DNA of 64,000 nt. Origin: a virus. The notes beneath the pieces were generated by a model. That model made no database searches. It worked only from the letters and a program-made list of their open reading frames with translations, and was not told where the DNA came from. Both the position numbers and the translations under genes were made by a program. The stretch's first letter is position 1. Each line of letters opens with the position of its first letter. Positions 30,101-40,160 of this stretch are shown here, piece after piece. The stretch is from IMG/VR virus record IMGVR_UViG_3300042309_002578, positions 64,001-128,000 of that record; one strand, 5' to 3'.

Positions 30101-30376
30101 ATGCAGCTTGACGGTGGCTTTGCAGTTCCTATGTTCGCTCTAAATGGAGTGTCAGGCTACAGACTGGTAATTAAGAATGATCTGCCAACCGTAATGTCTA
30201 ATTATTTTCAATTCGCCATAGAAGAGGACGAGTTGAAGGTCAGAGAATGGGCAGAATCTAACTACAAGAAACTATTCGACTGTGCCAGCATGGGTGACAT
30301 TTCCCGACTAGTAGAATCAACTCCCAAGCTGAAGAAAAAAGTTAGGAGTGGTTTAATATGCAATAATTTTAGTTGA
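30101..30376 (+). CDS. hypothetical protein
   Basis: 91-aa ORF. Confidence 0.45.
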   Translation: MQLDGGFAVPMFALNGVSGYRLVIKNDLPTVMSNYFQFAIEEDELKVREWAESNYKKLFDCASMGDISRLVESTPKLKKKVRSGLICNNFS

Positions 30377-30400
30377 CTTTTTTGTTGACCATAGTATTAT
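30373..30400 (+). promoter_or_regulatory. motif promoter
   Basis: TTGACT-16(GTTGACC)-TATTAT. Confidence 0.65.
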
Positions 30401-30438
30401 AGATATATAGACAAAAACCAAAAACAAAAAAGAAAACA

Positions 30439-31044
30439 ATGCAAAACTTCATTAACCTAAAAACACACCATAGAGAGGGAATTAAGGCACATTTAGCGAT
30501 TGTAGGTATGCCAAACTTCGGAATTTTGCAATATTACGGCACATCGTTTGATGATTCAGAAAGAGGGAAAGACATTGCATATCACGGCGGATGTCACATA
30601 AGCAAGATAATGGTAGACAATTTAGAAGATGGATTCTACCGATTTACTGAAGCAGTGAAGCAGCATAGTATAGAAACAAATGTTGGTTTCTTGAAAATAA
30701 TTGGTGGAAAAATTATTAATAAATCTGCGGATTTAGAATCACTGATTTTGTCAGACCAAGACAAATCAATGTTTGAAGCGCAAAAACTTCGCGGACAAGA
30801 AATATTAAAAGATTGGGAAGAAAAAGAGAGGGTGGCGAAAATAGCGAAAGAACAGGAAGATGTAAAAAAAGCGGTAAAAAATAACAATAAAAAATTAGAA
30901 AAAATAAAAAACCAGATTGGAGAATCTACCGCATTAGATATTGAAGCCTTCAGAAAGCTAACAGTAGAGCAACTGATGGATATTATTATTGATCAGCAGA
31001 CAATAATAGCGTCGCTAAATTCTAGAGAAAAAACAGAAAACTAA
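30439..31044 (+). CDS. hypothetical protein with coiled-coil C-terminus
   Basis: 201-aa ORF behind motif promoter. Confidence 0.75.
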   Translation: MQNFINLKTHHREGIKAHLAIVGMPNFGILQYYGTSFDDSERGKDIAYHGGCHISKIMVDNLEDGFYRFTEAVKQHSIETNVGFLKIIGGKIINKSADLESLILSDQDKSMFEAQKLRGQEILKDWEEKERVAKIAKEQEDVKKAVKNNNKKLEKIKNQIGESTALDIEAFRKLTVEQLMDIIIDQQTIIASLNSREKTEN

Positions 31045-31057
31045 AAGGGATAGGAAC

Positions 31058-31447
31058 ATGAGTCAAACGATGAAGACATACTTAATGCTTGGCGTTAGAA
31101 TTCCTTGCTCGGAAATGCCAGAAGATATTTTTTTAAATTATTGTGAAACTGAAGAGACGTTTTTTGATAAAAACGCAAAAATCAAAATCATACAAACAGG
31201 TGTGGGTACGTTTTTTGATAAAAACACAAAAATCAAAATCATACAAACAGGTGTGGGTAACGATGATGATGACTATGTGGTTGGCTATGTTATCGGCAAT
31301 TATGAAGAAATGTCCGATGATTCAATCATCGAAAAAGAAATCAGTTTTATTGAAGATTTTGCTTCAATAGTTGGAAATGCAATTAAGAAAAAATTGGACA
31401 TCAAAATGCAAAAAGTAAGGTTGATAATGTTCACTAGCCTTATCTAA
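31058..31447 (+). CDS. hypothetical protein with 51-bp internal tandem duplication (31157-31258)
   Basis: TFFDKN(A/T)KIKIIQTGVG x2. Confidence 0.7.
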   Translation: MSQTMKTYLMLGVRIPCSEMPEDIFLNYCETEETFFDKNAKIKIIQTGVGTFFDKNTKIKIIQTGVGNDDDDYVVGYVIGNYEEMSDDSIIEKEISFIEDFASIVGNAIKKKLDIKMQKVRLIMFTSLI

Positions 31448-31465
31448 TTTTCAATTCAGGATATT

Positions 31466-32039
31466 TTACTGGAAGTAGAAAATTTCGTAACATTTCCTGT
31501 ATTTTTTTTGAATTATATTTTTATCTGCGTTTCCGTCTATTCGCACAATTCTGTATGGGTTGAGTTTGTGCAATTCCATATAGCCATGCTGCACACGCCG
31601 ATGAAATTCTATAGTTTCCTGCTCAATTCTGTCTGGTGCAGATTGCCCACGTTTACGCGAAAGTCCAACTTCTACATCTACATCTAGCCAAATAGTTAAA
31701 TCGCTTTCCAATCCGCCTGTAGCAATTTGATTTAGTTGATTTATTAAATTAAAGCTTAAACCTCTGCCGTAGCCTTGGTACGCAATTGTCGAGTCGGTGT
31801 AGCGATCGCATAAAATAAACTTATTTGCTGCTAAATTTGGTTTTAGTTTTTCTGCGATGTGTTGCGCTCTGTCTGCCGCATACAGCAAGAGTTCTGTAAT
31901 TTCGCCAATTGGATTGTTGTGAGACTTTTCTAGTAACAACTTCCGCAAATCTGTCCCCAATTCTGTTCCTCCTGGCTCACGAGTGAGTATTGGGGACATA
32001 TTTAAACTTTCTAGCCATTGATAACACATCTGTATCTGT
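31466..32039 (-). pseudogene. tmk: thymidylate kinase lacking its N-terminal P-loop
   Basis: TREPGG, YAADR, LCDRYTDSTIAYQG, DRIEQE; sequence breaks at ..QIQMC, where GKTT should precede, against an IS end. Confidence 0.85.
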
Positions 32040-32336
32040 TTGACACTCTGCGCTCTAAAGAGACGCAGATTCTATAGAGGGTTTCAGTCTATGTCCCTCA
32101 GTTATCCCAGTTTCAGACATTGCCTTAATATTGGGTTCTTGCCCTGACTTCGTTTGCCCAAAGGGCGAAATCATATCTGACAAGCGTATACTTTCCGAGA
32201 GTCCCCCGGTAGGTTTTTATGTCTTGTACTGACAACTTAATTATAACACAATATTGAAGGCGAATCAATTCGCCCGTGTGCGTTTTCCCCTTCGGTCTGA
32301 AGACGCGAAGCTCCCAACGCTACCGCTTTCCTCTTG
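32040..32336 (-). mobile_element. IS605-family mini-element with omegaRNA-like region
   Basis: minus strand: left-end hairpins, TGTTATAAT, tnpB-3'-like ACCGGGGGACTCTCGGAAAGTATACGCTTGT, right hairpin TCTGCG..CGCAGA + GTGTCAA. Confidence 0.75.
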
Positions 32337-32428
32337 GTGGAAATTTATCAGTAAAGGAGTCCTCAAAATCAAGGAAAGAATATCAAGATCTTTTTGAAGA
32401 GATATTATCATTTTTGAATCATAAATAA
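32333..32428 (+). pseudogene. ParA C-terminal remnant
   Basis: GNLSVKESSKSRKEYQDLFEEILSFLNHK* directly upstream of a ParA-partner RHH gene. Confidence 0.5.
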
Positions 32429-32744
32429 AACTAGAAAACCGCTAGACGAGTCCATTGTCAAAGAGTTTGTTTTTGGAAAAGAACAAAATATCAACGACAA
32501 TGATTTAGTTCCGAGTAAAACGGTGGAGTTGTATACCACAAAAGAAGCCCCAACAAGTACAATCAAAACAACTATACAGAAAATAAACGAAATTCCCACA
32601 CAAAAGGAAGCTGTGATTCGTTTCACGGTAGATCTGCCAGAATCTTTGCACACAAAATTATCTATTTTGGCAGCAAAAACTAAGCGCAAAAAATCTGAGA
32701 TTGTTAGGATTTTAATATCTGATGCACTTGAGAATTCGGATTGA
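32421..32744 (+). CDS. CopG/ParG-like ribbon-helix-helix plasmid partition partner (start uncertain, ATA at 32421)
   Basis: RKPLDESIVKEFVFG..IRFTVDLPESLHTKLSILAAKTKRKKSEIVRILISDAL. Confidence 0.7.
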   Translation: MNKTRKPLDESIVKEFVFGKEQNINDNDLVPSKTVELYTTKEAPTSTIKTTIQKINEIPTQKEAVIRFTVDLPESLHTKLSILAAKTKRKKSEIVRILISDALENSD

Positions 32745-33018
32745 TATTTTGAGAAAACATGGGTTGGTGTTTCTATAGTTGTATCTATTGATGCAAACCA
32801 CCGCACTTCGCGCAAAGTGCGGTGGTTTGCTGGGGTGGTCATAAAAATTCGATATATAAAGACGGGAGATATAGGATTATTATAGCATAGATATCCTGAC
32901 TCTAAACATCATTAATAATATTCAAAATTTCCTACTTATCTTCCTTATTGACGCTTAAATACTGTCTTTGTAAATATTCTTTTGCGAAAAATTAAAAATT
33001 TAATTTTTTGCAAAAGCC

Positions 33019-33047
33019 TTGACTTTCTTCGTTAACCACAGTAATAT
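33019..33047 (+). promoter_or_regulatory. motif promoter
   Basis: TTGACT-17(GTTAACC)-TAATAT. Confidence 0.7.
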
Positions 33048-33080
33048 AGTTGTATACAAAAACATCAAAACCAGAAAACA

Positions 33081-34022
33081 ATGAGAATAATCAAAAAAAC
33101 AAATTCATCGAAACAAGTCAGACATCCATTGACACATTCTAATTTTTGTAAATTAGCTGAGACGCTTTATGATGATTACGACGATAAAGAGTACGCCCAA
33201 AATTTTCGCGGTAATTTAGAAGTTGAGGTTGGCGATTTTTTGATTTTTGTGGAAGAGGATAACTCTGGTGAATTAACTGGGCGCGAAATAGAAACAATAA
33301 TTTCTCGCGTAGAAGAAAAAACATACGATTATCTGCGATACCCTTATCCACCAGGGGCAATAGGACCACTAGAACGAGAAATATACTGTGAGTACAGACT
33401 AAATATGTACGAATGGGTGCTAAGAGAAATAATAGAAGAAAATATCCTCAAAGGAAAAGAGGAGATCAAAATAAATGTTTCGGACATCCCTCAAATGTCT
33501 GAACATCCTAAAACCAAAATTGAGGTAGAGTGGTGCAATTTAGAAGAAAAAATCAAAATTTTTGTTGAATGCAATGGGCTTAAACTTAATTCCGATTATT
33601 TTCGAGGATGGGGAAGTGAGTGGGGGGAATACCAGCAAAGACAATATATAGAATACTGTATTAGGGGTGGAGTTTATTGCAGGGATATTTTATTGAATTT
33701 TCCTGGTTTAATAAAAAGTGGCGACAACTTTGGAGATGGTATTAGAGGTGATTTCGTTGTTGTTGACGGTTTACAAAGATTAATTGCTGTCAGAAAGTTT
33801 ATTTCTAATGATTTGTCTGTATTTGATGGCTGCTATCTTAGTAATTTTGATGAGCCAGAAAAAATACTAAAAAGATGTAAACTCTTCTTTTATGTAAACA
33901 ACCTAAAAACACTCGCTGAAGTTATGCAATGGCATTTAGATTTGAATACGCCCACAGGTGGTATTCATTATTCCAAAGATGGAATAAATCGCATCAAGAA
34001 GTTAATACGCGAATCTAATTAA
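33081..34022 (+). CDS. ASCH/PUA (DUF3850)-like + DUF262 (GmrSD N-terminal/ParB-like) fusion
   Basis: VEVGDFLIFVE..TGREIETIIS; LNSDYFRG..W..QQRQYIE..VVDGLQRLIAV. Confidence 0.65.
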   Translation: MRIIKKTNSSKQVRHPLTHSNFCKLAETLYDDYDDKEYAQNFRGNLEVEVGDFLIFVEEDNSGELTGREIETIISRVEEKTYDYLRYPYPPGAIGPLEREIYCEYRLNMYEWVLREIIEENILKGKEEIKINVSDIPQMSEHPKTKIEVEWCNLEEKIKIFVECNGLKLNSDYFRGWGSEWGEYQQRQYIEYCIRGGVYCRDILLNFPGLIKSGDNFGDGIRGDFVVVDGLQRLIAVRKFISNDLSVFDGCYLSNFDEPEKILKRCKLFFYVNNLKTLAEVMQWHLDLNTPTGGIHYSKDGINRIKKLIRESN

Positions 34023-34138
34023 ATTTCTGGCGACGACAAACTATATTGAGAGAGTATTTTAATCTCAATATAGTTGCAATATTAACTCACTTGGGTTACA
34101 GTGGTAGAAGTAAAACAAATAACAAAAACAACACAAAA

Positions 34139-37100
34139 ATGCCATTTATACACTTACATAATCATACCACAGAAGGTAGCGTACTTGATGCTACCCAAAG
34201 CGTAAAAAACATGGTTGCTACCATAAAAGGAATAGGGCAAAGTGCTGTTGCGCTGACAGATCACGGTACAATGTCCGGTGCGATAAAATTGTTGAATGCC
34301 TGTAAGCAGCATGGTGTAAAACCAATTATCGGAAACGAGATGTACATTCTTGTTGATGGGAAAAAATACCACCTTACGGTTTTGGCAAAAAACATTGCAG
34401 GTTACAAGAACCTTTGTAAGCTGACGAATTATAGCCATGTACATGGCTGGCACGGTAACAAGCTATTTGGCAGACCAACAATCTCCAGAGATATGTTGGC
34501 AGAAAATAGCGAAGGCTTGATAATCCTTTCTGGGTGTGCTGCCGGAGAGTTACCAAGATATATTTTGGCTGGTGACATTGAAAAAGCAAAAGTAACGGCA
34601 GAATGGTTTAAGAGCGTTTTTGGCGACGACTATTATTTAGAAATCCAAGATCATGGATTTAGAGGAAACGGTAGCCAAGACATTAATGGTGATAAAATAG
34701 AAAACAATACCAAGAAGTCACCCTTGAACGATGTAACCGTCAACCAAACGCTGCATCGTTTTTCAATAGAATTGTCAATCAAATTAATAGCAACAAACGA
34801 CGCGCACTTTAGCTGTGCGGACGACTGGGAGGCACAAACTGCGCTCCTTTGTATCAATACTAAAACCACCATTGAATCCCCATCTATGAAATACACTGGG
34901 ACGGAATATCTCAAAACGGAACAAGAGATGTTGGCATTATTTGCCGATCACCTGCCCCAAGATGTTGTCACTCAAGCTGTCAATAACTCCCAGGAAATAG
35001 CAGACAAAGTTGAAGGTTACGAAGGGCTGATATTGAAAGAGGGTGACACCTCAAGAATGCCTAAGTTCGCTGCGCCTTTGGGTGAAGGATCGGCAGAGGA
35101 TTATCTTCGCAAAGTCGCTCACGATGGTTTGGTAGAAAGGTTCAAGGGTCTGGACGTTGAGGAGAGATATAGCGATCGCTTAAACCTCGAACTCGATGTA
35201 ATCTGCTCGAAAGAATTCGCGGATTACTTCCTAGTGGTTTGGGATTATTGCAAATATTGTTTTGACAACAATATAGCCATCGGGGCAGGGAGAGGAAGTG
35301 CGGCAGGGTCTTTGGTTGCTTACTCCCTAAGAATTACCAACATCGATCCCATTCACCACGGACTATTGTTTGAGAGATTTTTAAACCCTGAACGGATGTC
35401 AATGCCGGATATAGATATAGATTTTGAGCCGTCACGACGGCATGAAGTAGTAGATTATGTGTCAAAAAAATACATAAACGTCTGCCAAATCGGAACATTC
35501 GGAACGCTGGGGTCTAAGTCTGCCCTAAAAGACGTTTTTAAGGTTTGCGGTTTGCCTTACTCCGAGTCAGATAGGTTGTCAAAATTAATCCCAATCAGCC
35601 GAGGTAAGCCTACAGACTTGAAGGTGATGATTGGGGAGGCAACGCCCGTCCCCGCATTTCGTGAAATTTACCTGCAAGACGAAGGCGTTAAAAAAGCCTT
35701 AGATTTAGCCATCAAACTTGATGGCGTTACCAAAAGTCGAGGTGTCCACGCCGCGGGTGTTGTAATTTCTCCCGTCTCACTGGATGAACTCGTGCCAGTA
35801 ATGAGAGCCGCTGGCGACGACGGAGACACCACGATAGTTTCCCAGTATGAAATGGCGGACATTGAAAGCCTGGGGTTATTAAAGATGGATTTTCTGGGTC
35901 TGAAAAATTTGACGGCCATTCAAAAAACCATAAACCTGTTGTCCGCTAGGGGCATTAATATTAGTGCCGATGAGATTGCTGCCAAGGACAAGCAATCACA
36001 CCCAGAGTGGGGAGATAAATTACCAATGGACGTTGAGCGCACATACAAAATGCTCACCCAAGGGAAAACCTACGGTGTTTTCCAACTTGGTAACAAGGGC
36101 ATCACCGACAAGGTAAAACGACTAAAACCCGACAGCATTGAAAGCATCAGTGCGATTTCCGCACTTTACCGACCTGGACCGCTTGACGCTGGTGTGGTTG
36201 ATGACTATATCTCCCGTAAAAACGGGGAGACACCCATAACATACCCTCTGCCGATACTTCAACCAATCCTTGAGTTAACCTACGGCTGCATGGTTTACCA
36301 AGAGCAGATCATGAAGATTGCCCAGGTAATGGCGGGATACTCTTTGGGTGAAGCTGATTTGCTGCGCCGAGCTATGGGTAAGAAAAAACCAGCAGAAATG
36401 GCAAAGCAGCGCGATCGCTTTGTGTCCGGTTCAATAAGCGCAGGAATTGAATCAGATATCTCTAACAAGATTTTTGATGATATGTCAAAGTATGCAGAGT
36501 ATTGTTTCAACGCTTCGCACTCAGTCGCATACAGCTATATTTCTTGGACAACTGCATACCTAAAGGCGAATTACGCAGCAGACTTTACAGCAGCATTATT
36601 AAGCTGCGATGCTAACAACATGGATGAAATAAAAGTTGCAATCCCCGCAGCCAAAGACATCGGCATAAACGTTATTCATCCAAGTATCAATGAGTCCGAC
36701 TCTGACTTTAGAAGGATTGACGAAAAAACCGTAAGATTCGGTTTGTCGGCCATCAAAGGACTGGGAATTGATGTAGTCCAATCCATAATTTCGGAGCGCA
36801 ATAAATCTGGCGAATTTAAAAGTTTCCCGGATTTGGCGAAAAGAGTGCAACTTACTAAAAGAGCTACGGATGGGCTGATATATTCGGGTGCGCTTGACTC
36901 CTTTAACACCAACAGGCAGCAGCTAATAAAGGATGCTGACCTTTTGCTGGACTGGTCTAGAGATTTAGTAAAAAGTAAAAACTCTGGTCAGATGTCGCTT
37001 TTCGACATAACCACAAGCGTTTCTTTTGATCCGCCAAAAGCACCCAATATTGATGACCTTGATTTAGACTCTCGCAACTTTAAGGAGAGCGAATATTTGG

Positions 37101-37864
37101 GGATTTGCCTTAACAAAAAATACAGCGACTCGGAGAGCGAGATATTAGGTGGGATTTGCAATGAAAATATTGAATCAATAAAGGATTTACCTGTAAACCA
37201 AAATGTTGCATTTTTGGCAAGAATCCCAGATATCCTGAACACGAAAGTTAAGAACGGCGCACAGAGTGGCAAAACTATGGCTTTCTTGAAGCTCGCCGAC
37301 AACTCTGGCGAAATTGAAGCCGTTATGTTCCCCAATTCCTACGATATTTATGGGGAAAAATTAAGAACGGATTGCCAATTTCTAATCAACGGTATTGTCT
37401 CCGAGAAAAACGGCGACAAACAGATAGTAGTCAACAATATTTGCGCTCCAGAGGCTGTTAAATTTGTTGTCGCATACATCAATGATGAAGAGAAAGACAG
37501 GCTGACTGTTAAAACGGCGATCGCATTTTCCAGAGGCGATTTACCTCTGATTTTATGGTACAAGGGTCAACAAATTAGAACAGGAAAATGGGTCAACAAT
37601 GACGCTGTTGAAAACCTTAAAAAACTGGGGATTACAGCAGCAGAATGTAAGTACGGAGAAATAAAAACCCATTTTGAGATTTATGATTCTGTGGATATGC
37701 TGGCGAATGCAAAAGACTGGCAAACTGTATCCGAACTTTCGCTTTGTTTCAGACTGATAGATAAAGATTACGGTGCTACTGTTTGGAAGCACGCACCATC
37801 TTCTGTAAAATCTCACGTCAACAGCCTAAAAGCAGCACCCAAACCTGAACTTGTCGCCAGCTAA
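34139..37864 (+). CDS. dnaE: DNA polymerase III alpha subunit, unsplit, intein-free
   Basis: PHP HLHNHT/TDHG, GRGSAAGSLV, MPDIDIDF, LKMDFLGL, EYCFNASH, OB fold. Confidence 0.97.
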   Translation: MPFIHLHNHTTEGSVLDATQSVKNMVATIKGIGQSAVALTDHGTMSGAIKLLNACKQHGVKPIIGNEMYILVDGKKYHLTVLAKNIAGYKNLCKLTNYSHVHGWHGNKLFGRPTISRDMLAENSEGLIILSGCAAGELPRYILAGDIEKAKVTAEWFKSVFGDDYYLEIQDHGFRGNGSQDINGDKIENNTKKSPLNDVTVNQTLHRFSIELSIKLIATNDAHFSCADDWEAQTALLCINTKTTIESPSMKYTGTEYLKTEQEMLALFADHLPQDVVTQAVNNSQEIADKVEGYEGLILKEGDTSRMPKFAAPLGEGSAEDYLRKVAHDGLVERFKGLDVEERYSDRLNLELDVICSKEFADYFLVVWDYCKYCFDNNIAIGAGRGSAAGSLVAYSLRITNIDPIHHGLLFERFLNPERMSMPDIDIDFEPSRRHEVVDYVSKKYINVCQIGTFGTLGSKSALKDVFKVCGLPYSESDRLSKLIPISRGKPTDLKVMIGEATPVPAFREIYLQDEGVKKALDLAIKLDGVTKSRGVHAAGVVISPVSLDELVPVMRAAGDDGDTTIVSQYEMADIESLGLLKMDFLGLKNLTAIQKTINLLSARGINISADEIAAKDKQSHPEWGDKLPMDVERTYKMLTQGKTYGVFQLGNKGITDKVKRLKPDSIESISAISALYRPGPLDAGVVDDYISRKNGETPITYPLPILQPILELTYGCMVYQEQIMKIAQVMAGYSLGEADLLRRAMGKKKPAEMAKQRDRFVSGSISAGIESDISNKIFDDMSKYAEYCFNASHSVAYSYISWTTAYLKANYAADFTAALLSCDANNMDEIKVAIPAAKDIGINVIHPSINESDSDFRRIDEKTVRFGLSAIKGLGIDVVQSIISERNKSGEFKSFPDLAKRVQLTKRATDGLIYSGALDSFNTNRQQLIKDADLLLDWSRDLVKSKNSGQMSLFDITTSVSFDPPKAPNIDDLDLDSRNFKESEYLGICLNKKYSDSESEILGGICNENIESIKDLPVNQNVAFLARIPDILNTKVKNGAQSGKTMAFLKLADNSGEIEAVMFPNSYDIYGEKLRTDCQFLINGIVSEKNGDKQIVVNNICAPEAVKFVVAYINDEEKDRLTVKTAIAFSRGDLPLILWYKGQQIRTGKWVNNDAVENLKKLGITAAECKYGEIKTHFEIYDSVDMLANAKDWQTVSELSLCFRLIDKDYGATVWKHAPSSVKSHVNSLKAAPKPELVAS

Positions 37865-37965
37865 AGGCAAACTATTAGCACGATATTGGTTGACATAAAA
37901 TCAATATCGTGTTAATATTGTAGAAAGCAACAAGAAACACGCAGCGTTAAAATTTAAAAAATAAG

Positions 37966-38583
37966 ATGTCAGCTACACAAAAAGAATTGTTTGAATCAGA
38001 AAATTACGAAGCTAGATCCCCCGATTTGCCAACCAATCACTGGTACACAAAAAAATTTATGGTTGATCTAGTCCGCGAATCTCTTGGTGGTGTTATTGGG
38101 TTAGATCCGTTTGCAGATCCAGGGAAAAGGATCGAGACAGTACATGGGCATTACACTTATGAAGATAACGGGCTTGCACTGCCTTGGGGCTGTGGAAGGG
38201 AGACGGACACTGTTTTTATAAACCCTGGGTATTCGCATGGCGAACCCAGGTCGGCTATAGAAAAGCTAGTTGAGCAAAAAAACGCTGGTAATATTGTCGG
38301 TGGCGTTGCATTGCTCAAAGCAGGTGTTTTAAGCAATAAAGGCACACAGGATTTAATTGAGCAAAATGCAGCATCTATTTGCCTATGGAAAGGTCGCATC
38401 CAATTTGACCCAGGCGAACCGTTATTAAAATGGCGTGAAGAACAGCGTATTCTTGGTAAAAAAATCCCAGAAAAATTAAGTGCAAATAATTTTGATATCT
38501 GCTTTATTAATTTTTTCAACGAGAAAAATAGATATTTTTATGGGACTTTCTGTCAATACGGAATGGTTTTAAAAATTGACTAG
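37966..38583 (+). CDS. phage Dam-type N6-adenine DNA methyltransferase
   Basis: WYT, LDPFA, NGLALPW, VFINPGYS. Confidence 0.75.
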   Translation: MSATQKELFESENYEARSPDLPTNHWYTKKFMVDLVRESLGGVIGLDPFADPGKRIETVHGHYTYEDNGLALPWGCGRETDTVFINPGYSHGEPRSAIEKLVEQKNAGNIVGGVALLKAGVLSNKGTQDLIEQNAASICLWKGRIQFDPGEPLLKWREEQRILGKKIPEKLSANNFDICFINFFNEKNRYFYGTFCQYGMVLKID

Positions 38584-38592
38584 AAAATAGTG

Positions 38593-38621
38593 TTGACTTT
38601 AATTGTTAACCATTGTAAAAT
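38593..38621 (+). promoter_or_regulatory. motif promoter
   Basis: TTGACT-17(GTTAACC)-TAAAAT. Confidence 0.7.
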
Positions 38622-38667
38622 ACAGTATAGTCAACAAACACAAAACAAAAACACAACTGCAAAAATT

Positions 38668-40104
38668 ATGTCTCAAACAGCATACCAACCACTGCATTTG
38701 AAATATCGCCCACAAACCCTATCACAACTTGTGGGACAGGAACACATCAAAAAAACTTTAATTAATGCCATAAATACTGGCAAAATAGCGTCTGCATACC
38801 TGTTTTCAGGTGCGCGAGGCACGGGTAAAACTTCCACTGGTCGCATTTTAGCGAAAAGCCTAAATTGTGATACTGGCATAACCTCAGACCCTTGCGGTGT
38901 TTGTGAATCCTGCAAAGGAATAACGTCTGGGTATTCCCTGGATGTTATTGAAATAGATGCGGCCAGCAACAATGGCGTGGATAATGTCCGCGACTTAATT
39001 TCAAAGCTGCAATTTGCCCCAGTCGGTCGCTATAAAGTTGTCATCTTGGACGAGGTTCACATGATGACAACCGCAGCTTTTAACGCCCTGCTTAAAACCC
39101 TGGAAGAACCGCCAAAAAACGTTGTATTTATTCTTGCAACAACAGATCCACAAAAGGTTCTCCCCACAATTATTTCTCGCTGCCAAACCTATGACTTTAG
39201 ACGTATTGGCGTTCCTGCAATGTTTCAACACTTAAAGGAAATTGCAGCGAAGGAAACTATTGAGATAGATGACGATGCTATATTTGCAATATGCAGTGCC
39301 GTTGCCGGTGGTATGCGCGATGCTCAAGCAAAGCTAGATCAACTCTCGCTCTACCCAGTGAGAATTACAAAGGCTTTAATTTATGAGAATCTTGGTAGAG
39401 TTTCGGAATCTATGCTCAAGGAACTTGCACTGAAAATTATCGGCGACAATCCGAGCGAAATTGTTGGTGCTGTTGGTGAAATCCTGAACGCTGGCAAAGA
39501 ACCAATTATAGTTATCCAGGATTTAGCAAATTTTTACATGAATTTGCTGCTATACAAGACATCTGGAATCTTAGATCCCGCATACAGCGAAGATGACTTT
39601 GACGTTGAGATTTACGAGGATCAGATCAAAGAAAATATCTCCAAACTCAAGGGAAGTGAGTGGACAATCAAAACAACAAACCAAAGCAAACTATGGCTTG
39701 AGGTCACACTTGTTGGATTGTCTGGAAATAGTAGCCAACCCGCGACACAACAAAAAGTTGTCACATCAGTCTTGCCATTAGAGCAACGGATTAAAATAGC
39801 AAATCGCCACAAAGACTTATCCGATGAAATTGGATGGGAAACAATTTATATTGGTCGCGGCACACCATTCGGTAACGAGTATGAGGTCGGCGTTTACGGC
39901 ACTGCCGATGAATGTGTAAAAGCTTTTAAATCAAGTTCTTGGATAAAATTTAAGGATGAAGCAAGCGATTTTAGAGTCGCAATTAACGATCTATTGGCTA
40001 GGCTAAGGGCTGGAAGTAAAATCCGGCTGATGTGCAGTTGTTCCAACGTTTGTCACGGCGAGGTTGTGCGATCGCTTCTAATCTGGGCACACAAAAACGT
40101 TTAA
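38668..40104 (+). CDS. dnaX: DNA polymerase III gamma/tau with C-terminal DUF4326-like domain
   Basis: KYRPQT, GARGTGKTS, Zn Cys, EIDAAS, DEVH, SRC; tail YIGRGTPFGN..LMCSC..CHGEV. Confidence 0.92.
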   Translation: MSQTAYQPLHLKYRPQTLSQLVGQEHIKKTLINAINTGKIASAYLFSGARGTGKTSTGRILAKSLNCDTGITSDPCGVCESCKGITSGYSLDVIEIDAASNNGVDNVRDLISKLQFAPVGRYKVVILDEVHMMTTAAFNALLKTLEEPPKNVVFILATTDPQKVLPTIISRCQTYDFRRIGVPAMFQHLKEIAAKETIEIDDDAIFAICSAVAGGMRDAQAKLDQLSLYPVRITKALIYENLGRVSESMLKELALKIIGDNPSEIVGAVGEILNAGKEPIIVIQDLANFYMNLLLYKTSGILDPAYSEDDFDVEIYEDQIKENISKLKGSEWTIKTTNQSKLWLEVTLVGLSGNSSQPATQQKVVTSVLPLEQRIKIANRHKDLSDEIGWETIYIGRGTPFGNEYEVGVYGTADECVKAFKSSSWIKFKDEASDFRVAINDLLARLRAGSKIRLMCSCSNVCHGEVVRSLLIWAHKNV

Positions 40105-40160
40105 TCAAATATTTTTACATCGGTCTGGAAATTCAATAATCATTGTTTGAGGAAAAATAT

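Noticed and set aside
36480-36530. Intein in DnaE
   Set aside because: Exteins are contiguous (EY-CFN); no intein motifs
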